Shown here: positions 8,248-17,428 of the stretch, piece by piece | Layout: every line of letters begins with the position of its first letter | Position numbering within the stretch: the stretch's first letter is position 1 | Sequence record: NC_041878.1 | Reading direction: 5' to 3' (one strand) | Length of the DNA stretch: 64,000 bases | The notes under the pieces: model-generated | The model's database searches: none | What the model saw: only the letters and a program-made list of their open reading frames with translations | What the model was told of the DNA's origin: nothing | Translations under genes and position numbers: made by a program

Positions 8248-8406
8248 ATGATTCATGATGTGGTTATTACTCTGACAGTACAATCTGATAATGAAGTACT
8301 GACTAACGACGAAATTATAAAGGCGATGGAAGAAAAACTATCCCTGATGAAAGCCGAACCGCAAATGGTTAAAGAGCTTGCGGAATCCGCAGAAGTGTTT
8401 GATTAA
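8248..8406 (+). CDS. small hypothetical protein
   Basis: ORF; SD AAGGA before ATG 8248. Confidence 0.65.
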   Translation: MIHDVVITLTVQSDNEVLTNDEIIKAMEEKLSLMKAEPQMVKELAESAEVFD

Positions 8407-8467
8407 TTAAAAAAGGGGTTGACATATGTTAGCCCCTTCTGTATACTGTATTCATTGAAATAAATTA

Positions 8468-8484
8468 GCCCACAGGGTGCGGAG
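8468..8484 (+). ncRNA. two-hairpin element copy 6 (first hairpin degenerate)
   Basis: GCCC-ACA-GGGT-GCGGAG after TTGACA..TATACT. Confidence 0.6.
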
Positions 8485-8695
8485 ATGTATCTATTAAAAA
8501 AGTACTGTATACTTAACCAGTACCTATCAAATATAAATTCAAACGAAAAAAGTACTTGCAATGGATGATAAAAGGAGTATAATTGTTTACATGGAAGGGC
8601 AAGAGGTGAAAGGTAATGAGTCGCAGTACTGAAATAGTTCTGTTTATCTTTGTACTAGTAGCACTATCTATTAATTTTAATTGAGAGGATTCAAA

Positions 8696-8929
8696 ATGTC
8701 TTTATATGATGTAACTGTAAACAGTACTGGTATTGGTCGTTCTGGTACTACTAAGATGCTGGCTGTTGCTTTCTTTCCTCATATGAATGAAGCAAGACAA
8801 GGTATCAATGAGTGGGTATCAGAGAACTTTGTTGCTCCGGTAACTGTGAGTGTTGAATTAAAATCTCACTCAAATATTATCTATCCATCAGAAGTCCAGG
8901 GATATGAGCGTATTGTAATTATTGAATAA
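8696..8929 (+). CDS. hypothetical protein
   Basis: ORF; SD GAGGA. Confidence 0.75.
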   Translation: MSLYDVTVNSTGIGRSGTTKMLAVAFFPHMNEARQGINEWVSENFVAPVTVSVELKSHSNIIYPSEVQGYERIVIIE

Positions 8930-9000
8930 TTCATTAAAAGTACTTTGACAAAATGGTTAGAGTACTTTATAATGTAGTTATTGAGTGGGGAGGAAACAAA

Positions 9001-9111
9001 ATGCAATTTGTTTTCGGTGCAATTAGTGGTGTACTGATTTATCTGAATTGGGATGTTATCAGTCCCTGGATTGAATCAGTACTGAAATTTACATTAACCT
9101 TTTTTAATTGA
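9001..9111 (+). CDS. small membrane peptide (36 aa, not in track)
   Basis: Promoter + SD GGGAGG; hydrophobic MQFVFGAISGVLIYLNW. Confidence 0.65.
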   Translation: MQFVFGAISGVLIYLNWDVISPWIESVLKFTLTFFN

Positions 9112-9122
9112 GAGAAACAAAA

Positions 9123-9326
9123 ATGGCACAGAAAGATCGTCGTTATGCTATCGCTGCTGAGTTCACTGGTCACGCTTCTGGTAAGAAACGTTTTGTACTG
9201 CGTTTTGAAGGTACTCGCGTATCCGATCATGGTTCCCGTTATGAAGCGGAACAGGAGATCGCGAAGTACAAGAAAGCGGGTACTATCCCTAACGTGAATG
9301 GTTCACGTTTGCTGGTGGAGGCGTAA
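9123..9326 (+). CDS. hypothetical protein
   Basis: ORF with host-like codons. Confidence 0.75.
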   Translation: MAQKDRRYAIAAEFTGHASGKKRFVLRFEGTRVSDHGSRYEAEQEIAKYKKAGTIPNVNGSRLLVEA

Positions 9327-9502
9327 TGCGGGAGTTTGCATTGTATGACAAGGTACACATGGAAAGGGAATATCCGTTAAGTACTAAGAAAGTACTTGAT
9401 ACTGTACCCGATATTTCTGATCATGAAGTTGAACGTATTATCAACATGAATGTATCAGAAAGTATTGAGATTGATAATACTATTATCATTCGTACACTGT
9501 AA
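9326..9502 (+). CDS. small hypothetical protein (58 aa, not in track)
   Basis: TAATG coupling with upstream gene; SD GGAGG. Confidence 0.7.
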   Translation: MREFALYDKVHMEREYPLSTKKVLDTVPDISDHEVERIINMNVSESIEIDNTIIIRTL

Positions 9503-9580
9503 AAAAACATTATCAAAAGTACTTGCTAATAGAATGCGAGTACTTTATAATGTACTTATATTAAGCGAGAGAATAAAGAA

Positions 9581-9784
9581 ATGAAAAGACTTCAAATTGA
9601 CGTATCGGAACAAGCATTCAATCAATTGAAAGAATTGAAGGGTAAATGTGAAAGTGCTAGTTACGCAGATGTTACCCAAAAAGCATATAAAGTACTCGAC
9701 TTCTTTATGAATGCAAAAGCTGATGGCAAATCTATAATTGTCGTAGATAAAGATGGTAAAGAAACGATAGTAGAAATGCTTTAA
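9581..9784 (+). CDS. ribbon-helix-helix (CopG-like) DNA-binding protein
   Basis: RLQIDVS strand, AFNQLKELK helix, SYADVTQKAY helix, then KSIIVVDKDG hairpin. Confidence 0.65.
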   Translation: MKRLQIDVSEQAFNQLKELKGKCESASYADVTQKAYKVLDFFMNAKADGKSIIVVDKDGKETIVEML

Positions 9785-9861
9785 CTATATTATCAAAAGT
9801 ACTTGCTAATAGAATGCGAGTACTTTATAATGTAGTTATTGAATCAAACAGAGATAAAGAA

Positions 9862-10164
9862 ATGAAAACTCCACATCATAAAGCGTATGAATATCATTAT
9901 TACTTTGTTGGTAAAGATGGTATTCCTTATGTAGCAAAAAACTATCTCGCTGTAGTTCCTGGCGTTAATGTTGAAATGCTGATTAAACGCTGGAACCTTG
10001 CTGCTGGTCATGGTCGGAAGTATGTTCTTAAAGGTGAGGTGGATCTTAAAACAGCTTTATATACTCGCGGCAGTACTGGAACTATGATTGCGAATGATTG
10101 GAAGTTACTCGATCATATGCAATTCCACGGTATTGAATTTGAAGTAAAACAAATCGCAGCATAA
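9862..10164 (+). CDS. hypothetical protein
   Basis: ORF; own promoter. Confidence 0.75.
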   Translation: MKTPHHKAYEYHYYFVGKDGIPYVAKNYLAVVPGVNVEMLIKRWNLAAGHGRKYVLKGEVDLKTALYTRGSTGTMIANDWKLLDHMQFHGIEFEVKQIAA

Positions 10165-10229
10165 TTACAAAGTACTGGTGAAATATCCAGTACTGTTTTT
10201 ATGTACAGTACTATATCCATTGAATACAT

Positions 10230-10265
10230 CTCCGCACCCTGTGGGCTGTAGCATTGTTCTTGCTA
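10230..10265 (-). ncRNA. two-hairpin element copy 7
   Basis: TAGCA-AGAACAA-TGCTA-CA-GCCC-ACA-GGGT-GCGGAG after minus TTGACA-17-TATTAT. Confidence 0.7.
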
Positions 10266-10390
10266 TGTGATAATAATATACTAGTACTTATATAATGTCA
10301 AGGAAATAATTATACTTTCAAACGTGAATTTGTCCTTGCATTTATTAATTAGTACTGTATAATACTTGTATTGAATCGGGAGAACGAACA

Positions 10391-10642
10391 ATGAACAAAG
10401 ATTTAGTACTGTATTCGATTGCAATGATACTGTCAAGCATAGTAGTATACGTTGGTATCGATGAAGCAAGATCCGGTATCTTCTGGCAAGCTACGGTCAT
10501 TGCAGAAAACATCAACGATACATGGTTTAACTTTATAACTCATGGTATCAATTCGTTGTTCTTTATGGTGGTATGGATCGGCGTTGGTTCAATGATTGCA
10601 TTTGTTTTTCATTTAGTGTTTGACAACGAGCAAGAGTCCTGA
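10391..10642 (+). CDS. membrane protein (2 TM)
   Basis: Two hydrophobic segments; SD GGGAG. Confidence 0.8.
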   Translation: MNKDLVLYSIAMILSSIVVYVGIDEARSGIFWQATVIAENINDTWFNFITHGINSLFFMVVWIGVGSMIAFVFHLVFDNEQES

Positions 10643-10673
10643 TATAGTACACGAATTGAAACGGAGAGATACT

Positions 10674-10832
10674 ATGAGAGTTCAACCGATTGCACCAATT
10701 TTTAAGTTAGCCAGCAGTACTGTTAAAGATGAATATCCGAAACATATTGTTGACAATCCTTGTAGTACTGTAGTATCTTTGGGTCAGAAAACTTTTGCAC
10801 AGTTATATGACAAACAATGTAAAATCAAATGA
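10674..10832 (+). CDS. small hypothetical protein
   Basis: SD GGAG before ATG 10674. Confidence 0.6.
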   Translation: MRVQPIAPIFKLASSTVKDEYPKHIVDNPCSTVVSLGQKTFAQLYDKQCKIK

Positions 10833-10840
10833 GGTTTTAA

Positions 10841-11716
10841 ATGGGTAAGTATATTTCGTGGGGTATCTTTGGGGTTATCGCCCTTGCAGTAATGGCAGCG
10901 GTATTTGGTGCATCATTCACAGTAAAAGAAACTGAGCGTACTGTACTGTTGCGTAATGGTAAGTTCGTGGAAGTAGCACAGCCGGGTTTTCACCTTAAAA
11001 TGCCTTTCATTACTGACACAAAAGCAATTCAGGTAACAGGCGAATCCCGCCGTTGGGAAAAGCTACAAGCATATTCACGCGATCAACAACCTGCGGATAT
11101 GGCTGTATCTGTATCTTTCAACGTACAGCCTGGACAAGTCGAACAGTTATATAAAAAGTATAACAGCATTGACGCGATGATTTCACGTGTAATTGATCGC
11201 CAGGTGCCGCAAGCACTGGAAAACGTTTTCGGCAAGTACACAGCAATTTCAGCAGTACAAGATCGTACTAAGCTGGTGGCTGATGTTAATAAAGCCGTTA
11301 AAGAAGCAATGGCTGATGAACCGGTAACAGTATCGAGCGTACAGATCGAAGGTCTATCCTTCTCTGATGCATACGATAAAGCAGTTGAAGATCGTATGAC
11401 TGCACAGGTTGCGGTTGAACAATCCCAGCAAGATCTGGAAAAAGCTAAGATCACTTCACAGATTGCACTGACTAACGCTAAAGCCGAAGCTGATGCAAAC
11501 TTTGCGAAGTTAGACGCCGAAGCGAAAGGTATCAAAGCAAAAGGTGACGCCGAAGCATCTGCGATTAAAGCGAAAGGTGAAGCCCTTAAACAAGCTGGTG
11601 ATACTTTAGTAGCATATATTTACGCTACTACGTGGAAAGGTAATTCACCTACTACCGTAGTGCCTAATACCTCCATCACTGGCTTGAGTCTGCCAGGGCA
11701 GCAAAAGCCGCAATAA
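10841..11716 (+). CDS. SPFH/band 7 (prohibitin-like) membrane protein
   Basis: N-terminal TM, ERTVLLRNGK, PGFHLKMPF, SRDQQ, C-terminal Ala/Lys coiled coil. Confidence 0.92.
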   Translation: MGKYISWGIFGVIALAVMAAVFGASFTVKETERTVLLRNGKFVEVAQPGFHLKMPFITDTKAIQVTGESRRWEKLQAYSRDQQPADMAVSVSFNVQPGQVEQLYKKYNSIDAMISRVIDRQVPQALENVFGKYTAISAVQDRTKLVADVNKAVKEAMADEPVTVSSVQIEGLSFSDAYDKAVEDRMTAQVAVEQSQQDLEKAKITSQIALTNAKAEADANFAKLDAEAKGIKAKGDAEASAIKAKGEALKQAGDTLVAYIYATTWKGNSPTTVVPNTSITGLSLPGQQKPQ

Positions 11717-11730
11717 GTACTGAATACTAC

Positions 11731-11758
11731 AAAAGCCTAGCAATGTCTAGGCTTTTTT
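11731..11758. terminator. intrinsic terminator
   Basis: AAAAGCCTAG-CAATGT-CTAGGCTTTTTT. Confidence 0.8.
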
Positions 11759-11855
11759 ATATTTCGAAAAATATACTTTCAAACGTGAAAAGTACTTGCA
11801 CAAAATGATCTGATGTAGTATTATCTTTATATCGACAACGAACAAGGAGAAACAA

Positions 11856-12053
11856 ATGGAACAACATTATGTACATATCCCTAGCCCTCTGTTGTTTTCG
11901 AGAGAAGCTAGATTGTCTCGCATTAAGTACTTGAGCAAGGCAAAGGCAAGTACTGAGAAAGAAGATCGTGAATGGAACTTGATTATGGCGAAGATGATGA
12001 AGCGTCATGAAAAGCAATGGATGGAAGTTTACAAAGAAGACTTTCTGAAGTAA
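11856..12053 (+). CDS. hypothetical protein
   Basis: ORF; SD AAGGAG. Confidence 0.75.
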   Translation: MEQHYVHIPSPLLFSREARLSRIKYLSKAKASTEKEDREWNLIMAKMMKRHEKQWMEVYKEDFLK

Positions 12054-12131
12054 ACATTATCAAAAGTACTTTGACAAAATGGTTAGAGTACTTTATAATG
12101 ATTACATCAACCACTAAGAAGGAATGTACAA

Positions 12132-12326
12132 ATGACTACTGAAGAATGGCGTAAACTTTCTCTGCAAACATCAATAACTGAGAAAGAAAAACAGCAGAAG
12201 ACTATGTTTAATAGACGTTTGAAGTATCCCCCAAGAAGTGAATTACGTCGCTTGTGCGTTCAATATTCATGGTGGTTTCGTCACGAATTAAATGATTTTC
12301 GTGTACGTTTGGCAAAAATTCAGTAA
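12132..12326 (+). CDS. hypothetical basic protein
   Basis: ORF; SD AAGGA; own promoter. Confidence 0.7.
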   Translation: MTTEEWRKLSLQTSITEKEKQQKTMFNRRLKYPPRSELRRLCVQYSWWFRHELNDFRVRLAKIQ

Positions 12327-12399
12327 ACATTATCAAAAGTACTTTACTTAATTGATAGAGTACTTTATAATGATTACATCAAATAATGAGGAAATTGAA

Positions 12400-12723
12400 A
12401 TGAGAAATTTATTATTAGTACTGGCGGCATTTGGTACAGGTTTAATGTGTGGGAAGTTTATCTACAAAGAGAATATCTCGTTTGACTTGTTTAGTGAAAC
12501 AAAGTATACTTGTTCATACAAAGCTTACAGTGAAGAATTACTTCCAATATCAGACAGTAATACTTATACTGAAAAAGAGTTGAAGAAGTATCAAGAAGGT
12601 GATAGTATTATGGGAATGAAGATTGTTAGATTGTTTCCATTCCCTGATGCGTACAGTATGTTTGTACAATCAAATACGAATCCTGAACACAGTATTTTAA
12701 TTAAGTGCGAGAAGAAAAAATGA
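12400..12723 (+). CDS. membrane-anchored or exported protein
   Basis: N-terminal hydrophobic stretch; SD GAGGA. Confidence 0.75.
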   Translation: MRNLLLVLAAFGTGLMCGKFIYKENISFDLFSETKYTCSYKAYSEELLPISDSNTYTEKELKKYQEGDSIMGMKIVRLFPFPDAYSMFVQSNTNPEHSILIKCEKKK

Positions 12724-13109
12724 AAACTTACGAACAACTGAAAGGTGTAGCTGGTAAGATTGTTGACAACATTCAAAAGAACAGAATCAATGAAGCAGTA
12801 TTCACTACTGTAACAGGCCGCAAAACTAAAGCTATAGAGTTGGGTACTTTGGTCGGTATGGTATCTGCGGCATGTTGTGAACGCAAGATTGATACTGCGA
12901 TCTTGGAATTGTACTTGCGTAATGTTCATGGGTTTGAATATCGCGGTGTCCGTAACATGAGCAATGCAATGTTGGACGCATACGCAATTAAAGTACTTTC
13001 ACATTGTGGTGATAAAGTTTTACGGTCTGGACACTTCAAAAAGATTGAAGAACTCGCCGCACAAAATACACCAGTAGATGAAGCAGCAAAAATCATCTTA
13101 GCAATGTAA
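12720..13109 (+). CDS. hypothetical protein
   Basis: ATGA overlap with upstream gene. Confidence 0.8.
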   Translation: MKTYEQLKGVAGKIVDNIQKNRINEAVFTTVTGRKTKAIELGTLVGMVSAACCERKIDTAILELYLRNVHGFEYRGVRNMSNAMLDAYAIKVLSHCGDKVLRSGHFKKIEELAAQNTPVDEAAKIILAM

Positions 13110-13180
13110 TTATTATCAAAAGTACTTTGACAAATAAGTTAGAGTACTTTATAATGATTATATTCAACGAGGGGAATATA

Positions 13181-13372
13181 ATGAGCAAACAATTTACTCA
13201 TGCACCAAAAGCTGGTGGTGGTTATGAAATCATGTTCGGTAATAATGTGATCGATAGTGCTGATACTTTAAAAGAAGCACGTAATAAAATTGCAAAGTTC
13301 AAACGTGAAATGAAATTTTCTAATCTGGTGAATAAGTACTTTAATTATTCAGACAACTTAAAGAAAAAATAG
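13181..13372 (+). CDS. hypothetical protein
   Basis: SD GAGGGG; own promoter. Confidence 0.75.
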   Translation: MSKQFTHAPKAGGGYEIMFGNNVIDSADTLKEARNKIAKFKREMKFSNLVNKYFNYSDNLKKK

Positions 13373-13434
13373 CTTGCATCACTCGTAATTATGAAGTATA
13401 ATCTTTACATCAACCACTAAGAAGGAACAACAAA

Positions 13435-13821
13435 ATGTTTACTACTCATTACTTTGAAACAAGAACCCTGGCTCGTAACAACGTTGCTGTACTGAACGGT
13501 AAATTCAAAGACTTCGGTACTGATGCACCGAAAGGCCAGCGTTGGGCTGTATTGGTTGAAGCACAAGAAGCACAACCAGTGCCGGAAGTCAAAGAAGAAA
13601 TTAAAATCGAACAAGCAACAACTGATAATTCTTCTGTCAGTACTTCCATCAAAGATCTGCATGTTGCCGCCATTGCAAATGCTATGCCAAACGTATCCTT
13701 TACGCCAGGTATGAAACGCCGCGACGATCTGAAAACGCCTAATGGTAAGCCTGTACGCCTCATGGTACGTCGTTCGATGGTGGCTGTACGGTTGGCTCAA
13801 CATATGGCTAACTACGCTTAA
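13435..13821 (+). CDS. hypothetical protein
   Basis: SD AAGGA; host-like codons; own promoter. Confidence 0.8.
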   Translation: MFTTHYFETRTLARNNVAVLNGKFKDFGTDAPKGQRWAVLVEAQEAQPVPEVKEEIKIEQATTDNSSVSTSIKDLHVAAIANAMPNVSFTPGMKRRDDLKTPNGKPVRLMVRRSMVAVRLAQHMANYA

Positions 13822-13872
13822 AATTCGATTGGGGGCTTATATGCCCCCATAATTAAGTAAGGATAATACCAT

Positions 13873-13944
13873 ATGCCAATTACTCCAGTTGTTTTGTTAA
13901 TTGTGGTGTGTATAATAATTTTTATATTGTTGAGGCCGCGATGA
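13873..13944 (+). CDS. 23-aa single-TM peptide (not in track)
   Basis: SD AAGGA; MPITPVVLLIVVCIIIFILLRPR; ATGA-coupled to next gene. Confidence 0.55.
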   Translation: MPITPVVLLIVVCIIIFILLRPR

Positions 13945-14183
13945 AAAAGATGGTAATTGATAATACACAATTACGCATACACTTTAAAGCAAGTACTAAA
14001 GTACTGGACAAAGCATTAAGGGTTGTGCGAGAATATACAAAAGGTGAAGTTAGACCGAGGCGATTAGGTTGTGGATTGTTTGAAGTACTGGACGTTTCGC
14101 ATAATGAGCGAATCGTAATTCAAAACAGTAAACTTAACTTAATGACTCATGAACAATATAATAAGTTCGTTGAACGCCGTTGA
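13941..14183 (+). CDS. ParE-like/RelE-fold toxin family protein
   Basis: KA.RV...Y..GEVRPRRL...L.V....RIV.....LMTHEQYNK resembles the enterobacterial ParE-like family (PRR...MSHERYN). Confidence 0.55.
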   Translation: MKKMVIDNTQLRIHFKASTKVLDKALRVVREYTKGEVRPRRLGCGLFEVLDVSHNERIVIQNSKLNLMTHEQYNKFVERR

Positions 14184-14239
14184 CATAATCCCCTAAATAT
14201 GATTATAATAAATTTATAGTCATTAGGGGATTTTTTATT

Positions 14240-14758
14240 ATGCCAGGAACATTCCGCAGTAAAAATAGTGCTACCCTAGCAGGTCACTCTGATAAATGGA
14301 GTAACTCTAATCGTAGTGCGTCAAGTCATGATGCTGGTCAAGGTAGTAGAGGAAGCCGAAACCAGGGAACAGGTATTCAAGGGAAACTAAACACTATGCC
14401 ATCACAAGGCGTAGACACTTCCAAAATGAAACCAGAAGAAAAGTTAAAGTACTTTAAATCGTTGGGGTTAATGCCTGGTGCAGAACCTACACCAGAACCA
14501 GAAGTACAACCTGAACCAAAACCAGAACGTAACAAAGTACAAGCATTAACGCAAGACCTACAGAAAGTATTTGCTAACACTCCAAACTATCTGCATAGTA
14601 TTGTACAGCAGCTTAAAGAAGTGCCACCAGCACAATTTAAAAAAGCTGTATTCGCGGCGTATCGTGCAATGCAAGAAGCTACAGCACAAGCAAACGTAGA
14701 TCCTAAAGCAGTACTTAAACATATAGAAGATGCAATTAACCAAAGTATCTACGATTAA
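14240..14758 (+). CDS. hypothetical protein, disordered N-terminus, PE repeats
   Basis: ORF; SD AGGGGA inside a long hairpin. Confidence 0.8.
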   Translation: MPGTFRSKNSATLAGHSDKWSNSNRSASSHDAGQGSRGSRNQGTGIQGKLNTMPSQGVDTSKMKPEEKLKYFKSLGLMPGAEPTPEPEVQPEPKPERNKVQALTQDLQKVFANTPNYLHSIVQQLKEVPPAQFKKAVFAAYRAMQEATAQANVDPKAVLKHIEDAINQSIYD

Positions 14759-14821
14759 TATTTGACAGTACTCAATTCATCTGATAGTATTAAGTTATTC
14801 CAAACAACAAGGTACTATCAA

Positions 14822-15160
14822 ATGAAAAGAATTTTATTAGTCGGACTTCTGTTTGCAAGTACTGTTAACGCTCAAATGTTAACTTGCTCTAACAGTACTC
14901 TTTCTTTTCGTAATAACGATGGAAGTTATAGCGAAAAGGTAGCAACAAAACTTTCAAACATCAACGTAGAAGTACTGGAACAAGCTATAACGTTCTATGC
15001 TGGTGGAATTGATAAACTGGAATTTTGGAAAGATTACAATGAGTATCGTAATGATACTGGTAAGGTAGTTCGCTCAGGTGATACTTTTTCATTGTATACC
15101 ACTATTCCAACTGATACAAATAAAATGCAGCCTGTTAAAGTTGATTATGTCTGCAAATAA
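14822..15160 (+). CDS. secreted protein
   Basis: Signal peptide MKRILLVGLLFASTVNA. Confidence 0.75.
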   Translation: MKRILLVGLLFASTVNAQMLTCSNSTLSFRNNDGSYSEKVATKLSNINVEVLEQAITFYAGGIDKLEFWKDYNEYRNDTGKVVRSGDTFSLYTTIPTDTNKMQPVKVDYVCK

Positions 15161-15213
15161 ATTCAAATAAAAGGTTGACTTCGGTCGGCCTTTTTTGTTA
15201 TACTTACTTTATT

Positions 15214-15246
15214 GGCAGATAAGCCGTTAGCCCATTGGGTGCGGAG
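15214..15246 (+). ncRNA. two-hairpin element copy 8
   Basis: GGC-AGATAA-GCC-GTTA-GCCC-ATT-GGGT-GCGGAG after TTGACT..TATACT. Confidence 0.7.
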
Positions 15247-15402
15247 TTATGTCATTTTTAAGTACTTTCTATTTTGAAAATATTATACAAAAACTTATAA
15301 AAAGTCCTTGCAGATAATTCTGATTCTGCTATTATAACCACATCAAGACGGGGCAACGTCTTAGAAAACAAAATTCAAATATTAAGTGAGAGGCAGTACA
15401 AA

Positions 15403-15750
15403 ATGACTAAATCAATCAAAGTTAAAGCTACTAAATCAGTTCAGGCAAACAACGTAGAAAACATTAAAAGACTGCCTATTGGTACTGTAGTAGTTCATAA
15501 CTATGGTGAGTTTACCCACGGTGTAATTGTAGGTCATGCAGAACATGCTTACCAGGTTTATTTTAGTGCTGATATGTCACCGATGCTTCCAAAGTATCAG
15601 GCTAATACCGATGAAGCAATTAAAGCACGTATGCGTACTATTACCCTGGGCAAAGGATTCTTTGTAAGTCGCTTCAAAACAATTGAAGCAGTTCGTGAAG
15701 CACAACGCAAATATAAAAATCGTGGTCTGGATCTCGAATCAGCAGCGTAA
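15403..15750 (+). CDS. hypothetical protein
   Basis: SD GAGG; own promoter. Confidence 0.8.
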   Translation: MTKSIKVKATKSVQANNVENIKRLPIGTVVVHNYGEFTHGVIVGHAEHAYQVYFSADMSPMLPKYQANTDEAIKARMRTITLGKGFFVSRFKTIEAVREAQRKYKNRGLDLESAA

Positions 15751-15840
15751 TTGAATTTAAAAAGGAGTTGACAACAGTTGGCTCCTTTGCTATACTACCC
15801 ATAAGAACTTAATTGAAGTACTTTTTAAAGGCATATCATC

Positions 15841-16059
15841 ATGAGAAACATTTTAGAAGAACTCCTTAAAGAACCAACCGAAGAAGAAATGCAAGCCAGT
15901 GCAGTACTGCGTGATCTCTGTATTCAAAATGAGCTTGAGTTTCCTGAACAATTGTTCATGTTGCAGTATTTTGCAGGTATTGAACCAGGTCTGATCGTTT
16001 CAAAGGTGAACGCATTAAACACGCCTTTGATTGAAAATGCAATACACGTAATGCACTAA
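15841..16059 (+). CDS. hypothetical protein
   Basis: ORF. Confidence 0.7.
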   Translation: MRNILEELLKEPTEEEMQASAVLRDLCIQNELEFPEQLFMLQYFAGIEPGLIVSKVNALNTPLIENAIHVMH

Positions 16060-16114
16060 TTAATTCTACAAAGTACTTGACTCCGGTTGAGTACTTTAGT
16101 ATTATATATTCATT

Positions 16115-16145
16115 GGCAGATAAGCCGTTACCTACAAGGTGCATA
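16115..16145 (+). ncRNA. two-hairpin element copy 9 (compensatory variant)
   Basis: GGC-AGATAA-GCC-GTT-ACCT-ACA-AGGT-GCATA; one C-G pair swapped to T-A. Confidence 0.65.
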
Positions 16146-16267
16146 ATTGTATCTGTATAAAAGAAAATATAAATTCAAATAAAAAACTTGCATTTATCCG
16201 TCAGTACTGTATAATGATTTACATGGATTAGGGAATGGCCTTAATCATTTTAAGTGAGAATACTATC

Positions 16268-16837
16268 ATGAAATTTGAAGAACTGAACGAGCAACAAAAA
16301 GCTAGAGCACTTGACAAACATCGTTATATTAACGTTGATTATGACGAATGGCATGATTTTGTCAAAGACGATCATCATTCGAAACTGGAAGCCGTTGGTT
16401 TTGAAGGCGTAGAGTCGCGTTACAGTGGTTTTTGTTCCCAGGGCGACGGGGCAAGTTTTCTTGCAAGTAACGTTGACATTGAGAAGTTTCTGCGTTCACA
16501 AAAACGTTGGACGCATTATCGTGCCTTGCATGAGTTTATTCGTATCAATGAGATCACGGCGAAAGTAGTTGCGTTACCTTCTCATTACGTACACTACAAT
16601 ACAACTCAAGCGGAGTTATCAGGCGATTGGTATATTGATTTTACTCCTAAGCAGGAAGCACTATATAAAGAACTCGAAGAAGAGATCGACGCATATATCA
16701 CACAAGCGGGTAAAGATTATTACGCTGATCTTGAAACTGCGTACTACGATCTTACCAGTGACGAACAAGTAGAACAAACAATCATCGCGAATGATTTAGA
16801 TTTTGAAGAAACAGATCATTCAGTAACTTATCTTTGA
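16268..16837 (+). CDS. ICE/plasmid-type protein often annotated 'antitoxin of toxin-antitoxin stability system'
   Basis: F.EL.E..K..A, SGFCSQGDGASF and YYDLTSDEQVEQTIIANDLDF motifs; function not established. Confidence 0.7.
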   Translation: MKFEELNEQQKARALDKHRYINVDYDEWHDFVKDDHHSKLEAVGFEGVESRYSGFCSQGDGASFLASNVDIEKFLRSQKRWTHYRALHEFIRINEITAKVVALPSHYVHYNTTQAELSGDWYIDFTPKQEALYKELEEEIDAYITQAGKDYYADLETAYYDLTSDEQVEQTIIANDLDFEETDHSVTYL

Positions 16838-16895
16838 CAAGTACTAAAACTTTATGATATAGTACTCGCATAGAAAAAAACACGAGCAAACAACT

Positions 16896-17045
16896 ATGCG
16901 AGTACTTAAATCACATAACGATATAATTTTCGCTACTTATGGCGATTGTTATATGGTTAAAAAAGGGAGGATGAAAATAGTTTGTAATAATCCCGTAATT
17001 GCTTTATACTATTACTGTAAACTTTTAAGTGAGAATATAAAATGA
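16896..17045 (+). CDS. small hypothetical protein (49 aa, not in track)
   Basis: Follows promoter; ATGA overlap with next gene. Confidence 0.5.
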   Translation: MRVLKSHNDIIFATYGDCYMVKKGRMKIVCNNPVIALYYYCKLLSENIK

Positions 17046-17374
17046 GAAAACCTAACGTAGAAATTCTTTGTGATTCGCATCATGGTGTACATATCCCGTC
17101 CATCATGATTCAACGTCTGGTAGATGCAGGTTGGCGAAACATTCCCGCCGATGCCGTAGAAGTACTTTCTTCCGTAGACAATGAAGGTTATTGGGATTGT
17201 TGGGAAGAAGTACTTAACAATGCAGAATGGCATGATGCAAGTACTGGTCAAGTATTCAAGTTGCACCAGGACGGCGATCTGTTTGCTTATTGCAAGGATA
17301 GTATGACTCCGCAAGAGTATCATCATATGTTTGGTGAATATCCAGACTGGTACAATCAGGAAGAAGAAGCATAA
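17042..17374 (+). CDS. acidic hypothetical protein
   Basis: ORF; YWDCWEEVLNNA...LHQDGDLFA. Confidence 0.8.
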   Translation: MRKPNVEILCDSHHGVHIPSIMIQRLVDAGWRNIPADAVEVLSSVDNEGYWDCWEEVLNNAEWHDASTGQVFKLHQDGDLFAYCKDSMTPQEYHHMFGEYPDWYNQEEEA

Positions 17375-17428
17375 TTAAATTTAAAAAGTACTTGACTCCG
17401 GTCAGGTACTTTGCTATTATGTATACAT

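Larger units (their letters stand above)
4961..13154 (+). promoter_or_regulatory. family of at least 13 near-identical early promoters with paired AGTACT
   Basis: ATTATCAAAAGTAC-TTGCAA/TTGACA..GAGTACT(T/A)TATAAT at 4961, 5493, 5694, 5994, 7010, 7252, 7507, 8939, 9518, 9798, 12065, 12338, 13121. Confidence 0.85.

Noticed and set aside
4961-13154. CRISPR array from the recurring ~40-bp repeats
   Set aside because: The repeats are promoters separated by whole genes of variable length; no cas genes or regular spacers.
13941-16837. ParE-like ORF and 'antitoxin' ORF as a cognate TA pair
   Set aside because: 2 kb apart, separately promoted, and the antitoxin label is an unverified database annotation.
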